Below are positions 54,711-64,000 of a stretch of 64,000 nt of DNA, one piece after another; positions within the stretch are counted from its first letter, which is position 1, and each line of letters opens with the position of its first letter. The DNA is taken from positions 9,424,001 through 9,488,000 of the forward strand of contig OX597827.1 in NCBI GenBank assembly GCA_951406725.2. The letters run 5' to 3'. This stretch comes from Octopus vulgaris. Taxonomy: Eukaryota. The notes under the pieces are model-generated. The model searched no databases. It was not told the origin of the DNA and worked only from the letters and a program-made list of their open reading frames with translations. The translations under genes were made by a program, and so were the position numbers.

Positions 54711-54945
54711 TATTTCTTTACTACCCTCAGGGGGGTTAAACACAGAGAGGACAAACAAGGACAGACAAAGGGATTAAGTCGATTATATCGACCCCAGTGT
54801 GTAACTGGTACTTATTTAATTGACCCTGAAAGGATGAAAGGCAAAGTCGACCTAGGCAGAGTTTGAACTCAGAACGTAACGGCAGATGAAATACCGCTAA
54901 GCATTTCGCCCGGTGTGCTAACGTTTCTGCCATCTCGCCGCCTTA
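54711..54945 (-). mobile_element. SINE B inserted into an old B-like copy
   Basis: TSD cctttcatacc at 54700-54710 and 54946-54956. Confidence 0.9.
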
Positions 54946-55218
54946 CCTTTCATACCATTGAGGTTGATAAAATGATTACCAGTGCTCAACTAGGGTTGAT
55001 ATAACCAACTTATGTCTCTCTCCTGAAATTGCTGGCCTTGTGCCACAATTTGAAGCCAGTACAGCTTCAAGCCTTACCTAACAGTTGTTTTTCACCAAAA
55101 TGATTTCTTTTATAAGAAAATGTAGTTTTAGGGAGAAACAATGAAATAGCCATGGTTGGGACTCTTCTCACCATATATTTATAAAAATATACTAGAGTTA
55201 AAAGCGTACATGCATGTG

Positions 55219-55250
<32 letters not shown>

Positions 55251-55251
<1 letters not shown>

Positions 55252-55427
55252 GGGGAGAGTTTATGAAAAAAACAAAAGACGAAGACAGGTGGTGTACAAA
55301 ACAAACAGATGTATTAGTATAACACTCAGGAATATAAAAAGTCTTTTATGTTTCGAGCCTACGCTCTTCTACAGAAAGGTACACAGAAACAACAAGGAGA
55401 GAAAAAATGTGTGTGTGGCTAACATCT
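55251..55427 (-). mobile_element. Module P2 with HHR-like motif at 55343-55378
   Basis: CTTT-CTGTAGA-A-GAGC-GTAG-GCTC-GAAACATA-AAAG. Confidence 0.7.
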
Positions 55428-55585
55428 AATATAGGATAAAATTTTTCGAAAAAATTCTACCAATGGCCAGCATATTAAAAAATACCTTTATAGGTTAAAT
55501 TTATAAACAACTTATAAACAAGGGCAAAAGAAAAATATTCTAATGCCAAATATGCCGAAAATAGACAAATAGTCAATAACCATCA

Positions 55586-55696
55586 AATTTATCACTATAA
55601 GTACACGTCTCGAAGTAAGCTGACAGAAATTTCTAATGGAATTTTTTAGAAATTTCTGTTGGCTTACTTCGGGATGTGAACTTATAGTGATAAATT
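55586..55696 (+). repeat. Hairpin with 51-bp arms and 9-nt loop
   Basis: Arms differ at 5 positions. Confidence 0.9.
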
Positions 55697-56069
55697 ATAT
55701 TTATACATACATACATACATACATACATACATACTCACACACACATACACACATGTATATACACACATATATCTACAAAATCCACTCACAAAGCTTTGGT
55801 TGACATGGGGCTACAGTAGAAGACACTTGCCCAAGGTGCCACACAGTGGGACTGAAACTAGAAACATGTCATTGGGAAACAAACTTCTAAACCTTAGTAT
55901 TTTGATTCTCAATACCATTTTAAAAACATTATGATCCAGTGATCAAAACATGAGGATATTTGATTAAATTATCTCCCTAACTAATTTACATTTTGATCTT
56001 AGTATTAAATGTTTTGAAACTGAGAAGAGGGTAACAAGATAAGTGCTTTCATTTTTATTCTTTGTTACC

Positions 56070-56297
56070 TTACTCTTACTCTCTCTTTTACTCTTTTACT
56101 TGTTTCAGTCATTTGACTGTGGCCATGCTGGAGCACCGCCTTTAGTCGAGCAGATCAACCACAGAACTTATTCTCTGTAAGCCTAGTACTTATTCTATCG
56201 GTCTCTTTTGACGAACCGCTAAGTGACGGGGACGTAAACACACCAGCATCGGTTGTCAAGCGATTTTGGGGGGACAAACACTGACACGCAAACATAT

Positions 56298-56349
<52 letters not shown>

Positions 56350-56512
56350 GACGGGCTTCTTTCAGTTTCTGTCTACCAAATCCACTCACAAGGCTTTGGT
56401 CAGCCTGAGGCTATAGTAGCAGACACTTGCCCAAGGTGCCACGCAGTGGGACTGAACGCGGAACCATGTGGTTTGTGAGCAAGCTACTTGCCACATAGCC
56501 ACTCCTACGCCT
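56070..56512 (-). mobile_element. SINE A
   Basis: Consensus match. Confidence 0.9.
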
Positions 56513-56989
56513 ACCTTAATTGTATTTTATGACATTTTTGTTGCTACCGAGGGAAAATGTAATGATAAAGTGTTAAAGCAAAATTATTAGACAAGGTGAA
56601 ACACTGGACTTAATATGGAACTGATATTAGTTATTGACAAGGAGTGTTAACACAAACGCATTTCAAGACAGAGCATTCAATAATTTTTACAACATTAATA
56701 ATAACTCCAGAAACTTCAAGTTGTCTCAAGAAAAGTTAAAATTTAAATAAAGAGACTGATCTGAGAAAACTAATGTTGGCTGACTTTTTGTATAAATAAT
56801 GGAAACTGAAATAAATTGGTTTGTCATTTGGAAAAGAAGAAAGTTTGCTGTTTTGGCTTGGAGCCTTTGTCAATGAGAAAGAGGCATACATGAGGTCAAT
56901 GACATGTCTTCTATACAATGGCCTGAAACGACGATTGTCACATGCTGTCCAATTCCACCTTGTCTGCTTTAACCCAATAATAATAATAA

Positions 56990-57480
56990 AGTGCAGGTGT
57001 GGCTGTGTGGTTGAGAAGTGTACTTTGCAACCACATGGTTTTGGGTTCAGTCCCCCCAGTGTATCATCTTAGGCAAATATCTTTTCCTATAGCCCAGGGA
57101 TTGACTAATGCCTTGTAAGTGAATCATTTAGAGAGAAACTACGTGGAATCCCATCCCCATTGTAAATATGTGTGTGCGTGTGTAAGTGTATGTGTGTGTG
57201 TAAGTGTGTGTGTGTGTAAGTGTGTGTGTGTGTTTGTGTGTGTGTGTAAGTGTGTGTGTGTGTGTGTGTTTCTGTTTTTTTCACACTGCTTGGCAACTGG
57301 CATTGGATTGTTTAAATCCCTATAACTTAGTGGTTCAGCAAAAGAAACCATTGGAGTGAGTAACAGCCTTAAAAATATGTACTGGGGTTGATTTGTTCAA
57401 CTAATTTGTTCACCCTTCAAAGCAGTGCCCTAGCATGACTGCAGTCCAATGACTGAAACAAATAAAGGTTAAAAGATAAA
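56990..57480 (+). mobile_element. Old SINE A-like copy
   Basis: Diverged head, internal (TG)n, tail cagtccaatgactgaaac. Confidence 0.7.
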
Positions 57481-58391
57481 CATTAGCTCACTCTGTGAGT
57501 CAGTGATCATAGCATTGAATAAAAGATTACTAATCAGTTAGACAGTTCTTATGTGATGCAATCTGAACTCTACGTATATTAGCTGCTATGTTCCAGTATG
57601 CTGATGAGAATAGTACATGAATTATCAACTGTTACTCACAGAAAGATCAGCCAAAATTTTTAGATATACTTTCCCTATCGATCCATAATGATTTATTTAT
57701 AAACACAAGATTATCGCAGCTAATTATGTATGCTTAATGAAACATTATTTTCTGAATAAAAATAAATTTAAGAGTCCAGAAAATTCAATTCCTGACATGA
57801 AAGTTGTTACAATCAGATAATTCTTATAGCCATTGGCTACTTAATACTTCATATAATTTTCTTTCTTCGAAGCCTTGTTAAATATGAATGATGAATACTC
57901 CACTTGGATTATTCCCCATAGCTTTTCAAATTAAGATTTTATAAATAAAAGCTATTCAGTAATGTGATTTTATTTCAATTTAACAAATATTAGCAAATAT
58001 TTCGATTCTTTACTGTACTTGTAATTCCCAAATTGCAACAGCCAGAGGTGATAAACAAATTTAGAAAGAAAATTGAAAGTAGTGTGAAAACCAATATATT
58101 TCTAATATGAGTATTTATTGCCCATCCATAGGACTTGATATCGGTTACTTTTTAACAAAGTGCAAATATTTTAAGTGGAGAAGAAAGGAAGAATGTGATG
58201 TTCATGCCTTTTCTAGATGCATCAATGGTATTATTGAAACTGAATGGACATAGAAACTGAAACTCTAGGTTTCTGCATACCAAGAATACACTTCATGTTG
58301 TACATCCCTGCCTGCACACAACATCGGCGTGTGTGTGTGTGTGCATCTGTGTGTATGTGTGTGTGTGGTGTGTGTGTATGTGTGTGTGCAC

Positions 58392-58426
<35 letters not shown>

Positions 58427-58834
58427 TCTGTGTGTGTGTGTGTCTGTGTGTGTGTTTGTGTGTATGTGTGTGAACAAGTGCTATAGTGTTTTTGTTATTC
58501 AATTTCTTTTTACTTGCTTGGTCTGGAGGAAAAGTCTGATTCTTTGAAGCATGACAAACCCTCAAGACCCGTGAGAGCAACGATTTTGATATTCCTCCTG
58601 GACAGTAGTAAGGTGAAAGCTGCAGGAGAAGCATGTACAGTAGGGAATATCAGGGCGACATTATACAGGCTAAGGTGCAAAATGCTTGGGTACCTTTAGA
58701 TACCTTCTGATGATATGGAAGGGTTTCTGGCATAGCAATGGTTTCAGAAGAGTTTCCAATAGCTCTGGGTATCTCCAACAGTTTTTGCAAGGAGTAAATC
58801 ATCTCTGGTATTTATGTCATCTATATGTGTAGTT

Positions 58835-59068
58835 CACCGATTATGAACTATCGATAATCGGTGGATGCATGCATTCGTCGAGTGGTACCCACATGAGCGG
58901 AAAAGACCACCCGGAAGACCTCTACGACGGTGAAGTGACGATTTCAGGAGGACGATTGGGATCACGTGGATGAGAAAGGCGCGATCCAGAGAGGAGTGGG
59001 CAGCGTGCTGTGACCAGCGGTGTCAAATGGACGCCTGACGGACTGGTCGGTCAAAGTGAAGTGAAGTG
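58835..59068 (+). mobile_element. RTE-clade LINE 3' end, 12-bp TSD
   Basis: DNRWMHAFVEWYPHERKRPPGRPLRR*SDDFRRTIGITWMRKARSREEW; (AAGTG)n tail; TSD atatgtgtagtt at 58823-58834 and 59069-59080. Confidence 0.9.
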
Positions 59069-59296
59069 ATATGTGTAGTTAGCAAAGTTTGACAAATTGA
59101 TATCAGGCCTTCACAGGCAGGCTTGATATTGCTTGTCAACTTTAGTATGTAAATGGAAACTCATAACACACATGTATAAAAACGAAAATTTTACATTAGC
59201 AAAATCTCTCTTAAGTACTCTAACATTGAATAATGGAAATAGTAAAGTAAAACTATGTGATATCATGCGAGTTAAAACCACAGCATCTAATATAAG

Positions 59297-59508
59297 AGGA
59301 GGTACAGAAAAGTTCCTGGCTTTGAGGGAAATAAAAATACAGGGGGATCAGTTAATTATGATTTTATTCAACATGTCTCCCTCTCAGATTCACACAGTTA
59401 TTGCAGTAGTCCTTCAGTTTTTCTAAGCCCTTTAAAAGAACTTAGCACTTAGGGCCTCCAGCCAGACCTTTCACAATACCCTTAAAGCCAGGAACTTTTC
59501 AGCACCTG
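59297..59508 (-). mobile_element. Mariner-derived MITE (family of 22270)
   Basis: gaaaagttcctggcttt ... aaagccaggaacttttc. Confidence 0.75.
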
Positions 59509-60445
59509 TCCATATTGAATGATATGTCCATTTCCATACTTCACTATTCTTGAGAGGGCCATGAGAGAAAGAGTCCCCAAACACATCCTCCTGAGAATTT
59601 AATTTGAAGCAACCATCAACAAAGATCGTGGTTGGATTCTCAAGTGAGACCAACTAAGGATACAGGTGCTGTCTCATTATCCACCTGTCTCATTTGTGAT
59701 TTATCTCTAGGTATTCTGCTGGTTGGCCATTCTGTAAAATTTGACAAGTGGGTTTTTTTTTCCCTCAAACATTCTAACTACATGCCTGTAGTGCTAGAGC
59801 TGTGACCTGGAGCGACTCTCATAACTATTGACTAACATTACTCCTGTGACTCTTTAGAGAAATTGCTTCTGGTCACTTGTAATAAGAGCCAACAGTATTG
59901 TTTCCTCAAAAGATCGATTATCATTGAATTTTCTTCATTTACTTCACCCCATTCCCTCCATGAAAACAATTCCTATATCTTAAATTGCTGATGCTTAACT
60001 CAGTGATGCCTGGTTGATTTTATAAAAATGCAAAATAATCGAAAAGTGGTTGATGAAGTTAGAGAGTGACTCAAAATGAAAATTATGTTTTGCTAGTAAA
60101 ATTAATACATACATACTCATATATGCATGTATGTATAAATGTGTAAATACATAAGTGTTTTTGACCCTAGGTTTTGACATCACTCATTGATTGTAATTAG
60201 TGCAAGTTTGGTTCTAATATACTTCAATCATAATTTACATGAAATTAAGTCGAGTTCATGTCTTTAAAAGTTGAAATCTTAAAGGAGTAATTAGCACAAA
60301 AAAGAAAAAGAAAAAGAAAATGAGAAGCTATATTATAGTCTTGAGGATGACAATGTACACATGTAGTCCAATCTGTCCCCATTCAGCACTGATCATAGGC
60401 ATTCCAACCACAAGGTATCTTTACTTAAGGTATAATATATATATT

Positions 60446-60661
60446 AGGGGTTCCTGAAAATTCTTGGCTCTGGGCAAAAGAAAATACAGGAGGATCAGTT
60501 TATTTTGATTTTATTCAACATATTCCCTTCTCAGATTCACATACTTATTGCAGTGGCCCTTCAGTTTTTCTAAACCCTATAAAAAAGGACTCATAAGGTT
60601 GGGCCTCCAGCCAGCCCTTTCATAATACCCTTAAAGCCAAGATCTTTCCAGCAACCCCTCA
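60446..60661 (-). mobile_element. Mariner-derived MITE (family of 22270)
   Basis: Collinear with 59297-59508. Confidence 0.7.
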
Positions 60662-62712
60662 TAAAGAATAGTATAAGGTCTTCCCATGGGCTCTAGGAAT
60701 CACAAGGCTGGAGTTTAACCCAGTTTATATGGCATGTATGAGATTGATGTTCAATACTCCTCTCTAAACATGGTGATGGTCTTTTCAGAGTTAACTTCTT
60801 ATCTATTGCTGGACTTCATTTACAGCTGAATGAACTACAGTAATGTGAAATTAAGTCTTTTGCTCAAGAACACAGTACACTGCTCAGTCTGCAAATTGAA
60901 ACCACGGCCTTATGATAATGACTACAACACCCTAACCACTAGGCCAGTTGCCTTCACCAAGGATGATGTCCTCCTGGAAAAATTTGCTTCCTTCCTTTAG
61001 TAATTTTAACTATTATTTCTAGCAAATTGAAGGCTCCCTGGTACGATGTCAGAGTGACATATTTCATTGTTACAGGAACTTTATATCATTAAAAACTAAA
61101 AGTTTTTTTCCTGCCAACCATCAATATCTGAACTGTGTACAACTCGTGATTCTAGTAGAATTGAAACGTAACATTATAAATTTCTGAAGTTATTAGCCAC
61201 GTATTCTATTTAGATTAGATTGAAAAATAAAAGCTATGAACAAAATGCGTTAAAAACAGAAGATGGTCGATCTAATATTAATGTTTGGCAGAATATTTCC
61301 CTGATGACAAAGATGTTAAAAAATCGATGTGAGCAGTCTTTTTGCAATGCCTGGAGGCTGTAAGATTTACTTTCTATCATTTTACTTGACGTAAACTGAA
61401 AAACTATCTCCTGAAGGTAACTTGAACGATAACTCTTTACACATACATACATATACACAGACACAGACACAGACACAGACATACATACACAGACACATAT
61501 AGGCTAAATAAATCGAAGAAAATGGTTCTAATATAGAAACATTTAATAAGCAAAAACTACAAGAATGTTTACAAATATATTGCCTGTGGGTATTGTCCTC
61601 ACAGTAGTCAACGTCGTCTCAAGATTGCTGCTATATTGGTCAGGTATTGGTTAATGTAGGCACTGCAACAAACAGGGTAAAAGGAAAAAATGGAGGAAAG
61701 AGACTACATTTGTATGACACATTTGATGTCTAGTATGGAAAAAAAATAGAATGTTACTTTTCCTTTAGTTTCCTAGCCAATCCAAAACTATGGATGTAAT
61801 TTTAATAAAAACACAAGAAATTTGCACAGAATATTTCTATAATTTGAGGAAAAGATTAAAGTGTATTTTCTGCCATCATGTGTAGTATTTTTCTTTAAAA
61901 TACTTTGTTTTGGAAAGAATAGAGGTAGTAATACAGTTGACAGAACAGTGATCAATCCATACATTCGCTCAAGTCATTCAAGAAAATATTGAAAATATCC
62001 ATTCTTTCTTTTCCATCATAGTTAGCAATATCAGTAACAACAATCAGTGATTTTGGACAATATATGGCCTGGAGAGATTTCTGTTTCTCAGAGATTCGAT
62101 TTCTCTTAATTGGAATTTTTCTTTTCTTTCTCCTCTTCATCTTATAGAAGCTAAAGTAACAAAAATCCCCAGGAGGGGCTGACTATCTTCCTCCATGAAT
62201 TTATCTTTACTCACACTAGTAAGAAACGGGCTCAGGAAGTGGGTTCGAAAATGAAGTGATTTTGCAGAAAATAGGTTTAGTACCTTCATTAGAGAAGAGA
62301 ATGTAAGTGGTGAAAAAAAAGTTTGATGAATATAGTGTACCTAACTAGAATAAGAAAGAGGTGGTGCTTAAGATGCTGAAGGGGAATACTGAATTTCCAT
62401 ACATAGATGGCTGATCTATCAATGTGAATTTCTAAATAAAACCAATAGTAAGTAATGGAAGATGTAGAGAAAATCTATTGTTTGCTTTCCTTCTATCTAA
62501 TTTCATGCGTTTCTGTAGACAGAAATGAACTGAAAGTGAATAGAGACCTGCAATGGCATTTTGCTTTTGAATAGTTTTCTAAAAGATAAGGAGCAGCCCA
62601 AGAATTTATATGTAACTTAAGCAAGTGTTTTCAGTCTCTCTGATGGAACAGTTGTTTATATGAAGTCATCGAAGTATACAACTATTAGTTTCAAACACTT
62701 GATAGGTATTTG

Positions 62713-62917
62713 GCGCCGGGCGAAATGCTTAGCGGTATTTCGTCTGCCGTTACGTTCCGAGTTCAAATTCCGTCGAGGTCGACTTTGCCTTTCATCCTTT
62801 AGGGGGTCGATTAAATAAGTACCAGTTACGCACTGGGGTCGATATAATCGACTTAATCCATTTGTCTGTCCTTGTTTGCCCTCTCTGTGCTTAGCCCCTT
62901 GTGGGTTGTAAAGAAAC
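62713..62917 (+). mobile_element. SINE B, 5'-truncated
   Basis: TSD aggtatttg at 62704-62712 and 62918-62926. Confidence 0.9.
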
Positions 62918-62943
62918 AGGTATTTGTCCTCATCTTGTTTGTT

Positions 62944-62976
<33 letters not shown>

Positions 62977-62979
62977 TAA

Positions 62980-63314
62980 TTATTTTTATTGGCCAGAAGG
63001 GCTGACAAACATTATTGGAAAACATAAAGGGACAAAACAAGACGAAAGGTTACAAAGGGTTTTGTCCGTTTGTGAAAAAAATTGTGTAAAATCAGTGTAC
63101 CAATCAAATAATATAACAACGAAAAACTCCCAATAGGAGGAGGCGTTATGAAAGGTTCTTGGTGGAAAAACCCATAAAAGCCAATGGGAGTGTGGTCAAA
63201 AGGGTGGTAGAGAGCCCCTTTCTCCTTTTATAATACCTTTTTCAATTACAGGCGAAATCTCAGAATTGGTCCATTTATACTGGCCATTCTTGCACAATTC
63301 ACCCACCTTTCAGA

Positions 63315-63350
<36 letters not shown>

Positions 63351-63418
63351 TACAGGCGAAACCTCAGAATTGGTCCATTTATACTGGCCATTCTTGCACA
63401 ATTCACCCACCTTTCAGA

Positions 63419-63420
<2 letters not shown>
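62980..63420 (-). mobile_element. Probable L1/Tx1-like LINE 3' end in (TAA)n, 5' 70 bp duplicated
   Basis: SERWVNCARMASINGPILRFRL* then a T-rich UTR; 63246-63316 repeated at 63349-63420. Confidence 0.5.
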
Positions 63421-63455
<35 letters not shown>

Positions 63456-63514
63456 GTAATAATAACATCCAAAAATACCTTAGGAATGAGAACTCAGGTT
63501 TGAAATTTCCCCAA

Positions 63515-63560
63515 GACACCTGATGAAGGCTGGAGGGTATATCAGCCGAAATGTTGTGTT
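63515..63560 (+). ncRNA. Minimal type-I hammerhead ribozyme motif
   Basis: GACAC-CTGATGA-A-GGCTGG-AGGGTATA-TCAGCC-GAAATGTT-GTGTT. Confidence 0.7.
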
Positions 63561-64000
63561 AACAACAAACAAGATGAGGACAAATATCTGTCAAATGAAA
63601 ATAATGTAAATAATATACATAATTCCTCATCTCTTAAATATAGAACTTGATAAGTATTCTCAGAGACTCTAGTAATTGTCATTAATCATTAGGAAGCCAG
63701 TGGACAAGTGAGACAGTCTGTATATCAATAGTTCTCAACCAGGGTCCATTTGACCCCTTAGGGTCCATATAAGATTTTTGAGAGTCTACACAAGCAAACA
63801 GTGAATTAAGGATCCACTGTAGTATTTTAAGAATCCATGAAAGAAATTTGTCTTAGATGTGTTCATCTCATGATACAAGTTTCTTTCTCTAACATTTTAC
63901 ACAGTCTAATATGTTTAGTGCAAACCTACACAAGTTAATGTGTGAAAAAACAAAATAGAAATTCTAAAAGAATTATCTATAAGACTAGATACATCGAATG

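Larger units (their letters stand above)
62921..63647 (+). mobile_element. Penelope-like insertion: inverted partial LTR, (TAA)n, LTR with HHR
   Basis: 62921-62948 is the reverse complement of 63559-63586; flanking acttgata(g/a)gtatt at 62697 and 63645. Confidence 0.7.

Noticed and set aside
50248-55206. 28-bp exact repeat tttataaaaatatactagagttaaaagc at 50248 and 55179
   Set aside because: Real but short and AT-rich; no interpretable structure
58510-58830. Minus-strand frame IDDINTRDDLLL...YPSILHL resembling RT or a hAT dimerisation domain
   Set aside because: Motif match too weak and interrupted by stops

Overview
AT-rich eukaryotic (animal) DNA saturated with microsatellites and transposons. 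The SINE families and (TA)n/(TATG)n/(CAT)n load resemble my recollection of Octopus genomes; this is inference, not a database match. I recognise no host protein-coding exon, so the window looks intronic or intergenic, with a few weak exon candidates. Nearly all ORFs in the track are microsatellite or SINE read-throughs. Identifiable elements: five tRNA-headed or LINE-tailed SINE families (labelled A-E here), three RTE LINE 3' ends, an R4/Dong-like RLE retrotransposon inside (ATAC)n, an L1/Tx1-like 3' end, a Ty3/gypsy integrase plus 3' LTR, two DD37D (maT) mariner relics and several MITEs. The strongest signal is about 15 intact or degenerate type-I hammerhead ribozyme (HHR) motifs in short Penelope-like LTR or retrozyme-like modules. 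These include a complete monomeric HHR (46316-46366), a back-to-back inverted pair with a large stem II insert (39259-39645), a tandem dimer (23434-23945) and recurrent non-canonical cores (U4C, A6U, U10.1-U11.1). Coordinates were read by eye; element ends are approximate.
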